DNA from: Desulforamulus reducens MI-1
GTDB taxonomy: Bacteria; Bacillota; Desulfotomaculia; Desulfotomaculales; Desulfotomaculaceae
Direction of reading: 5' to 3'
NCBI RefSeq assembly: GCF_000016165.1
Contig: NC_009253.1
Location: forward strand, 622,332 to 654,331
DNA: 32,000 nt
The position numbers and the translations under genes were made by a program. Every line of letters starts with the position of its first letter. The first letter of the stretch is position 1. Positions 17,546-27,058 of the stretch are shown one piece after another. Below the pieces are notes generated by a model. The model ran no database searches. It saw nothing but the letters and a program-made list of their open reading frames with translations, and was not told the DNA's origin.

Positions 17546-18166
17546 ATGAAGGATATTGACTATGGTCTATATTTGATAACCGATGATTTTTATTTAAATC
17601 AAAGAGGTATATTGGCTGTTATTGAGGAGTGCCTTAAAGCAGGGGTAACAATGCTGCAGTACCGAGCTAAGGAAAAGTCCTCCAGGGAAATGCTAAAAGA
17701 AGCAGAGAAACTAAAAGAACTGGCTCTTAAATATCAGGTACCATTCATTATTAATGATCGTCTGGATATTGCTCTGGCTGTGCAGGCTGACGGTGTACAT
17801 CTCGGTCAGAGTGATCTGCCTTTTACGGTGGCTAAAGGGTTGATGGCTGATAGAATTATCGGAGTATCTGCAACTTCTTATGAGGAAGGTAGAGAAGCTA
17901 TTCAACAGGGAGCAGATTATGTGGGTGTGGGTCCGGTGTTTCCCACTGCCACCAAGAAAGATGCAAAGCCACCCTTAGGCATAGAGGTTATTCGGCAGTT
18001 AAAAGGCGATTTTCCAAAGGCAAAGCTGGTTGCCATTGGGGGAATAAGTCTTGATAATGCGTCCGAAGTGGTAAATTCTGGCGCTGATGGGTTGGCCATT
18101 ATTTCTGCAATTCTTGGGGCCAGTGAGCCCGGGGAAAGGGTTAAGCAGTTTTTAAAGATGAATTAA
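17546..18166 (+). CDS. thiE: Thiamine-phosphate synthase
   Basis: 206 aa. Reads YLITD...LQYRAKE...[24 protein letters not shown]...IGVS...[10 protein letters not shown]...IGGI. GGGGGAG RBS. Under TPP riboswitch control. Confidence 0.92.
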
Positions 18167-18183
18167 TTTATGAGGTGATATGG

Positions 18184-18984
18184 ATGCAAGAGGTTCAAAG
18201 GTTATGGGATATTCGGCAAGAGGTTAGGATCAAAAAACCCCTGGTATGTAACATAACAAATACAGTGGTAACCAATTTTACGGCCAATGTACTTTTAGCC
18301 GTGGGAGCATCGCCGCTGATGTCCGAAGGGTGGCAAGAAGCGGATGACTTAGCCAAAATTGTTGATGTCTTAGTTCTGAATATGGGGACATTACACCCCA
18401 GACAGGTTGAATACTTTATAAAAGCAGGTAAAAGTGCTAACCAGGAACAAAAACCAGTGGTCTTTGATCCGGTGGGCATTGGGGCCACATCCTACCGAAA
18501 TGCTGTGGCTGCTGAGATCTTAGATAAAATTAAGTTAGATCTTATCAGAGGGAATCATGGGGAGATTAACTTTTTGGCGGGTATTACTGGCCAAACCAAG
18601 GGGGTTGACAGTTTAAGTAATCAAATAAGTGTTAAGCATCTCGCGGAGTTCGCAAATACAACCCGCACCTTAGTAGTGTCTACGGGTGAGGTGGACTACC
18701 TGTCTGACGGTGCCAAAACCTTTACAAATAAAACAGGTCATGCCTATTTACAGTTAGTTACTGGAACGGGTTGTGCTCTATCTTCTTTAGCGGGTGCATT
18801 TATGTCTGTGACAGAGGATAAATGTCTTGGTGTTTTGTCAGCTTTAGCCTTTTATGGGGCTGCGGCTCAAAAGGCTGCTCTCATTAGCCAGGGACCTGGC
18901 ACCTTTGCAGGGAATTTCCTAGATGCCTTATATGGTTTGGAGTTTGATGAATTTAAGAAAATATTAGAAGCCCCAAAGATATAG
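18184..18984 (+). CDS. thiM: Hydroxyethylthiazole kinase
   Basis: Reads [29 protein letters not shown]...VLNMGTL...FDPVG...IRGN..E, with the ThiM catalytic-region TGTGC. GAGGTGA RBS before ATG 18184; the track start GTG 18175 is less likely. Confidence 0.9.
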
Positions 18985-19004
18985 GATTTTATAAAAAGTT
19001 AAAT

Positions 19005-19037
19005 TTTAGTATAGAAAAAAGGGTTTGCTTGGCACAA
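19005..19037 (+). terminator. Intrinsic terminator after thiM
   Basis: AAAAAAGGGTT tgcttggcac AACCCTTTTTTC. Confidence 0.75.
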
Positions 19038-19326
19038 CCCTTTTTTCTAATTTTTTAGCAAGGTTTAATTTTGGCTTGAATAATTTTCAAGTCCATCAGT
19101 GCCATTTCTGCTTCACGAAGAACATGATCTGCCAAGAGTGGGGATATGATACTTAATATTTTACATGCCTCAATTAACTGCAGGGCAGTTTGTTTAAAAT
19201 CGCGGATGTCTGCAGTGGCAGCAGAAAACCACTCCCCGTCAGTACTTGGTGATAGAATTGGACAGGCCTCTTTAGTACGGGAAAGTTCTCAGACGGCAGA
19301 GCTAACGGATACCCAGAAAAAGAATC

Positions 19327-20073
19327 TTGGTTGTCCGTAACCAGGCAGAGGGGTTAAAACTACTGTCTGAATTGGGTATAATTATGAACGGTATGAATTT
19401 TCATCATGTTCACGAAAGTGAATCCCACTTTGTTGGAGAAAAGAATGTGTCTTACTCTTGGGGGAGTGACAATGATCAAGATCAGAAATATGTAAACTTA
19501 TGTACCGTAGAGGGAACTGGTGAAGTAGAAAGTGTATATGTTCAAGACGATTCTTCCCAAGGTAAGGAAGTAAAAATCTCTTTGGTAGATGCCCGGCTTA
19601 GGGCGCAGCAATTTATACAGAAGTATCTTCAGAAAGGTCAGACAGAAGTTCAAATCGTGGTATATCCGTCCTATTCAGAAATGGCTCCTGACTGGGTGGA
19701 TAAAAGTAAGTTAACCAAAGAAGAAATGCCAGATGCTAGAATTAGCTTTCAATTTTACCCGTTGCATCAGGGCATACCAGTGCGGGACAGTAATTATTCA
19801 GTGGTAATCGATCAGACAAATGGTAAGGTGGTGCAGTTTAGCCTGCAAGCTATGGACCCCTCTGTGACCTTGCCCGATGCACAAAGGGTTGTGGCAGCAG
19901 AAGCGGCCAAACAGGAATATTTAAAAAATAACCCGCTGCAGTTGGCTTACATCTGGCCCGAATGGCACGAGCAAAAGGGACCCGCCCCATATTTGGTATA
20001 TATGCCGTATATTTCAGTTGGCTGGTCCTATATAGATGCGTTAATCGGCAAAACAATAGTTGTGGAGGAATAA
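19327..20073 (+). CDS. Hypothetical protein with PepSY/YcdB-YcdC-like repeats; N-terminus probably disrupted (continues from 19146-19340 in another frame)
   Basis: 248-aa ORF with only a TTG start and no RBS. The upstream ORF (…AELTDTQKKNL) joins it sensibly if 1 nt is removed near 19327-19332. No signal peptide is recognisable. The family call is tentative. Confidence 0.45.
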   Translation: MVVRNQAEGLKLLSELGIIMNGMNFHHVHESESHFVGEKNVSYSWGSDNDQDQKYVNLCTVEGTGEVESVYVQDDSSQGKEVKISLVDARLRAQQFIQKYLQKGQTEVQIVVYPSYSEMAPDWVDKSKLTKEEMPDARISFQFYPLHQGIPVRDSNYSVVIDQTNGKVVQFSLQAMDPSVTLPDAQRVVAAEAAKQEYLKNNPLQLAYIWPEWHEQKGPAPYLVYMPYISVGWSYIDALIGKTIVVEE

Positions 20074-20220
20074 AAGATTGGCCCAGTTGCTGGTACTTCC
20101 AGAGGAATTTTAACATTTCGGAAAATAGTGGCAACTAGGCCTTTCATAATATATGGAAGAAATAAAAAGGTATAGTCAATCATAACTCAGAGATGCCAGC
20201 GGTTTGCCGCCACTGCAGGG

Positions 20221-21060
20221 TTAGATTGCCATAAATTTTTTTGCATTGGCGTAAAAGATTTTTTCTTCCTTTACCTCGCCAAGTCCAAGGGAACGAATGT
20301 GCTCAATGGCCTTTTCTGGAGGGTAATCCATAACGGGAAAGTCACTGCCATATACAATTCTATCTGAATAATTATTTAATGTTTCTCTTAACAGGTTACT
20401 TTTATTATTACTATTATGTCCGAATAATAAATCGTGCCGCTGGTTGCCAAATATATAGGCTGTGTCTAGGTACAAATTTTCAAATTTATCCAGCAATCTA
20501 AGATATTCGGTATGATATTCCGGTAAGCCCAAATGGGCTACCATAATCCTAACACTGGGATACTCCCTTAATAAAAATGCGACGTCCTCCGGTGTGACAT
20601 AGGGTGAGCTAGCCGGCATGGAGCTGGCATGGAGCACTAACCCTTTTTCCCGCTCAGCAAGTAATTCTAACACTTCTTTAAACCTTTCGTCGGCCGCAGA
20701 TACCCTTTGTACAAAACATTGTATTTTTACACCGTAAAAGTTTTCTTTGTCTAAAAATTCCTTGAGCATATCCCTTTTATTCATATCTTCCTGGTGGACA
20801 CAGGCATAGGGCTTGATCTCTGGGTATTGATGCACCAAGGCTGCCAGCCATTCATTCAATTCCTTGCTGATACCAGCCTTATGGGCATAGGCCAGTACGA
20901 TAAATTCCGTAACCCCTATACCATGCAAATGTTCGATATGTTTGTCTGCACTCCATTTGTAAGGCATTTCCCAACCTTCGTTTTTTTCAAACCAACCTAA
21001 GATTGCTCGAGTTAATTTTTCTGGATATAAATGTATATGACCATCGATAATTTTATACAT
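20221..21060 (-). CDS. Amidohydrolase-family (PF04909-like TIM-barrel metal hydrolase) protein, 279 aa
   Basis: The N-terminal IDGHIHLYP motif, an internal VLHAS and a C-terminal GSDFP are typical of amidohydrolase_2. Confidence 0.8.
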   Translation of the reverse strand: MYKIIDGHIHLYPEKLTRAILGWFEKNEGWEMPYKWSADKHIEHLHGIGVTEFIVLAYAHKAGISKELNEWLAALVHQYPEIKPYACVHQEDMNKRDMLKEFLDKENFYGVKIQCFVQRVSAADERFKEVLELLAEREKGLVLHASSMPASSPYVTPEDVAFLLREYPSVRIMVAHLGLPEYHTEYLRLLDKFENLYLDTAYIFGNQRHDLLFGHNSNNKSNLLRETLNNYSDRIVYGSDFPVMDYPPEKAIEHIRSLGLGEVKEEKIFYANAKKFMAI

Positions 21061-21338
21061 AAATAACCCCCCTTTACTCTCAATTGTTAGAATAGTTAGA
21101 CAATTAAATCCTTTATCCTTCCTTGTTTTAGATATTTTTTATAACTATTAACTTTAGAATCTATGTAAGCGGACACTGTATGATATGTATCACATTAAAC
21201 ATTTATTCAGCAGCAGGAAAATAAGCCATGGAACTTTAATTTTAATATAATAATTTTGAATAAAGGTTTTGCAGTCTATACTCTTATTTAAGTTGATTTT
21301 TACCATTGTGGCAACTATTTCGAGGAGTGAATGATTAT

Positions 21339-21767
21339 ATGAATGACCTGTATATTTCGAATAAAGAAATTCAACTTTCCTATGCTGATACAGACATGAT
21401 GGGAGTAATCTATCATGCGAACTATTTAAAATGGTTTGAATTAGGTAGAACACAGCTTATAGAAGATATCGGATATCATTACCTGGAGATGGAAGAAGCA
21501 GGCTATTATGCACCGGTATATCAACTGGAAGTTACCTATAAGAAACCTATTCGCTATGGTGATAAGCCCATTGTAAAAACATGGGTTGCAGGGAATAATG
21601 GCTTGAAGACTGTCTATGGTTATAACATTGTAAATGGTCAAGGGGAAGTATGTGTAGAGGGAACAACAACGCACATAATTGTAAGGAAAGGTGACTTCAA
21701 GCCTGTTCAATTTAAAAAGGTTTTTCCAGAATGGTTTCAAAAATATGAACAGATTAAGAAAAAATAA
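21339..21767 (+). CDS. Acyl-CoA thioesterase, YbgC/4HBT hotdog family
   Basis: LSYADTDMMGVIYHANYLKWFELGRTQLIED carries the catalytic-Asp motif region. GAGGAG lies upstream of ATG 21339. Confidence 0.85.
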   Translation: MNDLYISNKEIQLSYADTDMMGVIYHANYLKWFELGRTQLIEDIGYHYLEMEEAGYYAPVYQLEVTYKKPIRYGDKPIVKTWVAGNNGLKTVYGYNIVNGQGEVCVEGTTTHIIVRKGDFKPVQFKKVFPEWFQKYEQIKKK

Positions 21768-21916
21768 TGATTAGTCCCATGGGGTTTGGACCCTTCTAGA
21801 TATTAAAATAGATACTTACATTTTGGATGGTTATTGGTAGTAGAAAAGACTTGGGCCTGATGAAAAAAATCTTCGTAAACTGGCCGAGGCATTGAAGATA
21901 TCCAGGGATAAGATAT

Positions 21917-21953
21917 AAAACGCTGACCTAGCCATTTCTTAGGTCAGTGTTTT
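21917..21953. terminator. Bidirectional terminator between the thioesterase and MFS-marR transcription units
   Basis: AAAACGCTGACCTA gccatttct TAGGTCAGTGTTTT has an A-tract on one side and a T-tract on the other. Confidence 0.7.
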
Positions 21954-21980
21954 ATAATGCCCAACTTATAGGATTAAAGA

Positions 21981-22460
21981 TTATTCTGAACTAAATTCAT
22001 ACCGGCAGTTGCTTATAATCTTTCTTAAGAGTACCCGGAGTTGGTCCCGTTCGTCGTCTGTCAATGCTTCCGTAACCTCTGAATTGACCTGGACGGCACG
22101 TTGCTCCAGGGTGTCCTTTAACCCAGCGCCCATGGCAGTTAAATAAACTAAGTTAGTGCGACGATCCCCTGGATCACTTTGCCGGGTCACTAGGCTTTCT
22201 TTTTCCAGGCGGTCAATAATGCCTCCAATGGTGGTTCTGTCTTTACCCATTAACGTGCCTAATTGCACTTGGCTAATTCCATCCTGTCGCCACAGAAAGG
22301 ACAGAGCACCAAACTGGGGGGGAGTTAGGTTAAAGGGATTTAGTTTTTCTTTAAAGGATAAGGAAAAGTACTGATGGGTTTTCGATATTAGGAAGCCTAA
22401 GCTATTTTCAATATCGAAAAGATCTTTGTTGTCTTTATTTTTGATCATATCGCTGTGCAT
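21981..22460 (-). CDS. MarR-family transcriptional regulator
   Basis: LTPPQFGALSFLWRQDGISQVQLGTLMGKDRTTIGGIIDRLEKESLVTRQSDPGDRRTNLVYLT is a winged HTH. It overlaps the upstream MFS gene by 26 nt. Confidence 0.9.
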   Translation of the reverse strand: MHSDMIKNKDNKDLFDIENSLGFLISKTHQYFSLSFKEKLNPFNLTPPQFGALSFLWRQDGISQVQLGTLMGKDRTTIGGIIDRLEKESLVTRQSDPGDRRTNLVYLTAMGAGLKDTLEQRAVQVNSEVTEALTDDERDQLRVLLRKIISNCRYEFSSE

Positions 22461-23841
22461 TCGTTTTCACACTCCCCCTGGCCAGGGAGGCAAAGATCCC
22501 CCCAAAACACATAATGGTAAATACTATAAATGCTATTTTAGTACCTTTTATTAGCATGTCCGCAGAGGTTTCACTTAATTTGACATTACCCACATAAATG
22601 GTTAACAGTAAAGTCACAATGGCCATGCTGATGGTTTGGCCTGTAAGTCGCATGGTGCCCAGGGTGGAAGACGCCACGCCGTAAAATCTTTTTTCCACCG
22701 ATCCCATTACGGAGTTGGTATTGGGTGATGAGAAGAGGGCAAAGCCAATACCTAACAGTCCTAGGTTTAAAATCAATAACCAGATGGGTGTGGTTTTACT
22801 GAGAAAACAAAAAATAAATAACCCCAATGTGGTAATGGACATACCCCAGGAAGATACAAGTCTGGGGTCAACCCGATCGGAAAGAGTTCCGGCAAAGGGT
22901 GATAAGATCGCCATAATCACAGGTTGTGAAAGTAGTATTAGCCCGGCCGTTTGAGAATTATAACCTAGTACCACCTGCAAGTACATCGACAGTAAAAAGC
23001 CCAGGGCAAAGGTAGCACTATAGTTTATAAGGGCTGCCAAGTTTGAAAAGGCAAAGGTTAAATTTTTACTGAATAGGCTAAGATTTAACACAGGTTGTTT
23101 AACCTTCATTTCATATTTGACAAAGGCAATTAATACTACCAGACCAACCAGCAGGATATATTTGGCCCAGACTGAAGAGTCAACGGATGAAATACCATAC
23201 ATGAAGGATACCAGTCCTACGGAGTAGAGAATAGAGCCCATTAAATCAAATTTTTCACCCCGGGCACCGGCCCATTCACCTTCTAATTTCCACACCGTGA
23301 ACAAGAAAACTGCTAGGGCGATGACAGCGGTAAAATAAAAAATGGATGGCCAACCTAAGTTGTGGTTCATAATGCCGCCCAACACCGGCCCTAGGGAAAG
23401 GCCAGTGTATACCGTAGCCACGGAAATACCCAGTACTTTACCTCGCTCCTGGGGTGGAAAGACTGAGGTCAAGATAGCCATGCTGGTCCCAAAAATCATA
23501 GCGCTGCCTATTCCCTGAAGAACCCGGAAGGCAATTAACGACTCAATGGACCAGGCAAAACCGCATAATCCGGAAAAGAGACCAAAAAGGCTAATACCCA
23601 ATATAAATATCTTTTTTCTGCCCACAATGTCTGCCAGTCTACCAAAGGGAACCAGGAAAGCCGCAGAGGCTAACAGATAACTGGTGGCCACCCAGCCCAG
23701 CAAAAGGGCACTGCTACCAAATTCTTTACCAATGGAAGGGATAGCTAGGTTAATAGCACTGCCAGTGAATGGGGTTAAAAAGGATGCTCCGCAGGCCACC
23801 AACAAGGTATACTTTTTTAATGAAGCGTTTGGTTCCATCAC
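22435..23841 (-). CDS. MFS efflux transporter (DHA2/EmrB-like, about 14 TM)
   Basis: 468 aa and hydrophobic throughout. MFS motif A region GRLADIVGRKK. Forms an operon with marR. The start is GTG 23841 or ATG 23838. Confidence 0.88.
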   Translation of the reverse strand: MMEPNASLKKYTLLVACGASFLTPFTGSAINLAIPSIGKEFGSSALLLGWVATSYLLASAAFLVPFGRLADIVGRKKIFILGISLFGLFSGLCGFAWSIESLIAFRVLQGIGSAMIFGTSMAILTSVFPPQERGKVLGISVATVYTGLSLGPVLGGIMNHNLGWPSIFYFTAVIALAVFLFTVWKLEGEWAGARGEKFDLMGSILYSVGLVSFMYGISSVDSSVWAKYILLVGLVVLIAFVKYEMKVKQPVLNLSLFSKNLTFAFSNLAALINYSATFALGFLLSMYLQVVLGYNSQTAGLILLSQPVIMAILSPFAGTLSDRVDPRLVSSWGMSITTLGLFIFCFLSKTTPIWLLILNLGLLGIGFALFSSPNTNSVMGSVEKRFYGVASSTLGTMRLTGQTISMAIVTLLLTIYVGNVKLSETSADMLIKGTKIAFIVFTIMCFGGIFASLARGSVKTNAQRYDQK

Positions 23842-23984
23842 TCTTGTCCTACCTTCATTTTATATTGTGAATCCATATTATCATAACACTTAATGTATGT
23901 ACACTGATCATATAAATTTTTACAGAGGGAGAACGTTTGGTCAAGGTATGCAGTGATAAATAAAACCCTCAGTTAAACTGAGGG

Positions 23985-24815
23985 CTAATTGCAGATTTCT
24001 TCGGCTAGTTTTTTTAATTTACTGGACATAAAAACAATATCATTGACTGATGCAGAAATTTCTTGTGCAGATGCGGTCTGTTCTTCTGTAACGGCGGCTA
24101 ATTGATGAATTTGTTCACCAAGATCATTTATAGAGATTTGTATCTGAGAAAGGATATCTGTTATTTCTTTAACAGACCCTGTGGTTCTACCAGCAAGTTT
24201 CCGTATTTCTTCTGCTACAACATTGAAACCTCGACCTTGATCACCGGCCCGGGCTGCTTCGATGGCAGCATTAAGACCAAGGAGATGGGTTTGGGAAGCC
24301 ACGTCTTTAATAAGGTTTAAAACCATATCGGTTTTCTGTACGTTTGCATTGATTGAGTCTGCTTGTCCAGAGAGATTTGTAGCAGTGGCAGCCAGTTGTT
24401 CAGAGGCAGCGGATAATCCAGTGGTAGTTTCTCCAATCGTGTTCAATGTTTGATCCAATTTATTGGCGCCCTCAAAGAGAGTGTCTTGCATTGTGGTAGG
24501 CTGAAAGATACCCACTGTGCCAATTAAGTTGCCCTCTTTGCTATATAAGGGAGCACACCTTGCTAAATAAGCTACACCGTAAATGGATATATCTGTTATC
24601 TTAGTGCTAATTCTGTTTCTGTTTTGTATAACCTGATGGGTTGTACTGCCAGGCTTAATTAGGTCTCCTGGATTAACGTAATGGTTTAACTGGACACCGG
24701 GAGAGTAATAATGGAATTTCTCTAAGTCTGTTAGAGAAATTGCACTATCAGAACCTAATGTCTTTTTTACACAATCGATTAGGCTTACAAGTTCATCCCA
24801 ATTAATTTCACTCAT
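23985..24815 (-). CDS. Soluble methyl-accepting chemotaxis protein with a short signalling domain and an N-terminal Cache/PAS-like sensor
   Basis: Highly conserved MCP hairpin [36 protein letters not shown]. No TM segments. GGGGGTGG RBS before ATG 24815; the track start is 24836. Confidence 0.85.
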   Translation of the reverse strand: MSEINWDELVSLIDCVKKTLGSDSAISLTDLEKFHYYSPGVQLNHYVNPGDLIKPGSTTHQVIQNRNRISTKITDISIYGVAYLARCAPLYSKEGNLIGTVGIFQPTTMQDTLFEGANKLDQTLNTIGETTTGLSAASEQLAATATNLSGQADSINANVQKTDMVLNLIKDVASQTHLLGLNAAIEAARAGDQGRGFNVVAEEIRKLAGRTTGSVKEITDILSQIQISINDLGEQIHQLAAVTEEQTASAQEISASVNDIVFMSSKLKKLAEEICN

Positions 24816-25204
24816 CAATGCCACCCCCAATGCCATTTTTATTCTTTATAGCAGATAAAAAGTCCTGCAACTATTCAGATAATTCGATTTAATTATTTCC
24901 GTGTAAATAAATGTTTCGTTATAAAATACAAAACAAAGTTTTTTTAATCTGGAAGCATAAACAAATTTGTAATTTTATCGATAGAATAAATAAAGGAGAT
25001 TAGCTTCAGAAATATGTTTAACTATAATCGATAAAATTTAAAAATAGGGAAAAAAACAAAAGGGGAAATAGTTTGAAATTTGTTACAATTAATTACATTT
25101 ACCTTACTTTTGTCCTATTTCAAATGTTTTTTATTATATATGTAGAATATGTGCATAAGGAATTCTTGAGGGGTGAAGAAAATTGACTCTTTAAAGAAAC
25201 GGGG

Positions 25205-26683
25205 GATTCTTTAATACAGAAAGTAGGGATATTTTACTGATAGTAGGAAAACACGGAAACATTATGGAGCCAATTATGCTGCTGTGAAAGCCTATGGATA
25301 CAGCCTGAAAGAACTACTTACTCTTAGTATTTATGATCTGCGGGAACCAGGAACCATTGGGCAAGTTGCCATCCAAATGAGACAGGCCCTTGAAAAAGGT
25401 ACGCTATTTGATACAATCCACAGGCGCAAGGACCGCAGTGTATTTCCGGTGGAGGTAAGTGCCAAAAGAATTTTGCACGATGGAAATATTTTAATCCTCA
25501 GCTCTATCCGGGACATTAGTCATCGTCGAAAAACAGAACTGGCCCTTCGACAATCCAATGAAGAGTTAACCGCTGCCAATGAGGAATTAATTGCCTCAAA
25601 CGAGCAGATACTGGCCACCGAAGAAGAATTGCGGCAGCAGTTTATTGAGTTGCAAAAAAGCAAGGACCAACTGGCTACGGCTAACCGTCAGTTGGCAGAG
25701 ATTATAGAATTTTTGCCAGATGCTACTTTTATCGTAAACCAAGAAAAAAAGTAATTGCTTGGAATCAAGCCATTCAGGAAATGACCGGCGTTAATAAGGA
25801 GAAAATCCTTTGGCCATAACTATAATTTGGCAAGAATTGGCGGCGATGAGTTTGCGGTATTGATAACCCAATGTTCAAGGGATGTTCTGGTCAAATATTG
25901 CCAGGATATCAAGAAGAATATAAAGGACTTTAATCAGCAAAACCAGGATTTACCGCCTTTAAGCCTCTCGATAGGCTATGCTATACGGGAGAATAGACAT
26001 AAAACCATGAGTCAACTTTTTACAGAGGCAGATAACAATATGTACCGGGAAAAACTGCATAGGAATTTAAGTTCCCGGAGCTCTATTGTTAGCGCACTAA
26101 TGAAAGCCCTGGAGGCACGAGACTTTATTACCGAGGGACACGGCGAGAGGATAGAAGTACTTATCAAAAAAGTAGGAAAGAAAATGGGTCTAACCCCAAG
26201 TAACATTTATGGCCTTCGATTACTGCACAATTTCATGATATAGGAAAGGTAGGTATACCGGATCGCATTCTTTTTAAACCCGGGCCCCTGACAAAGGATG
26301 AGCAAAAGGAAATGGAGAGGCACAGTGAAATCGGCTATCGAATAGCCCAATCTGCCTCGGAATTGATGCCCATTGCAGATTGGATTTTGAAGCATCATGA
26401 ATGGTGGAATGGGAAGGGCTATCCGCTGGGATTAAAGGGGGAGGAGATTCCCCTGGAATGCCGTATTCTTGCCATTGCCGATGCTTATGATGCCATGAGT
26501 AATGATCGTCCCTATAGGCGAGCTTTAGAAAAATCCATTATTCTAGAAGAACTCAAGAGATGTGCTGGTATTCAGTTCGACCCCCAACTGGTTGATGTTG
26601 TACTAAGGATCATTGAAAAAGAATTTAATGGACTAAGACATATTTCACTGTTCAACAAGTTGCTATATCGGCAGAAGAGTTAG
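25205..26683 (+). pseudogene. Decayed PAS-PAS-GGDEF-HD-GYP signalling gene (at least 3 frameshifts plus an internal deletion)
   Basis: Frame breaks lie at about 25267-25271, at 25744-25750 (A7 run) and at about 26224-26226. PAS2 stops after about 20 aa (VIAWNQAIQEMTGVNKEKILWP*) and the text jumps to ..GHNYNLARIGGDEFAVLI, so the N-terminal half of GGDEF is missing. The HD-GYP part (HDIGKVGIP...HHEWWNGKGYP) is otherwise well preserved. Confidence 0.8.
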
Positions 26684-26736
26684 CAGACATCTCAAATTCA
26701 CTACAAGGGGCTATCGAAAGATTCAAATTGAAATAA
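26644..26736 (+). pseudogene. Orphan C-terminal tail of an MCP, out of frame with and overlapping the end of the HD-GYP remnant
   Basis: Reads FTVQQVAISAEELADISNSLQGAIERFKLK*, the typical last roughly 30 aa of methyl-accepting chemotaxis proteins (..SAEEL....L......FKL). No upstream MCP body is present. Confidence 0.5.
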
Positions 26737-26845
26737 CTCCCAGAGGAAGGAATATTAAAAATTTTGAAATTAACAGGGTAAAATAATATAAATTTTTATT
26801 CGACAAATATTTACAACATAACTATTTTTATGCTAAATTATACTG

Positions 26846-26929
26846 GAGGAATTTGTTCGAAGACGATTAGACCCCGTCCTCTGAAACAGCCTCCGTTTAT
26901 AGGGACTTGTCTATCAAGTCCCTTTTTTT
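26846..26929 (+). ncRNA. Candidate small orphan transcript (promoter-like element to intrinsic terminator); class unknown
   Basis: TTTACA (26810-15), 18 nt, TGcTAAATT (26831-39). The terminator is GGGACTTG tctat CAAGTCCC plus T7 (26902-26929). Within the body, GGAGGA can pair with either TCCTC (26877-81) or CCTCC (26889-93). No ORF is present. Confidence 0.25.
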
Positions 26930-26930
26930 A

Positions 26931-27011
26931 GCAAATCAGAAAGTATAGAACTTTCGATTTGCATAAGGGCAACTAAGGCTTACGCTGTCATCTAAAGGCT
27001 TAGCGTAAGCC
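26931..27011 (+). promoter_or_regulatory. Two strong hairpins in the leader of the RinA-like gene
   Basis: Hairpin 1: GCAAATCAGAAAGT atag AACTTTCGATTTGC (26931-26962). Hairpin 2: GGCTTACGCT (26977-86) pairs with AGCGTAAGCC (27002-11), a perfect 10 bp with a 15-nt loop. Confidence 0.45.
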
Positions 27012-27058
27012 AAGTTTTCTTTAGACGCTAAAATTAAATAGGCTACCGAGGTTACCAA

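Noticed and set aside
21838-21918. A short frame ending DEKNLRKLAEALKISRDKI* that looks like the tail of an HTH protein.
   Set aside because: Only about 20 codons are open (stops lie just upstream), which is too short to assign. At best it is another remnant.
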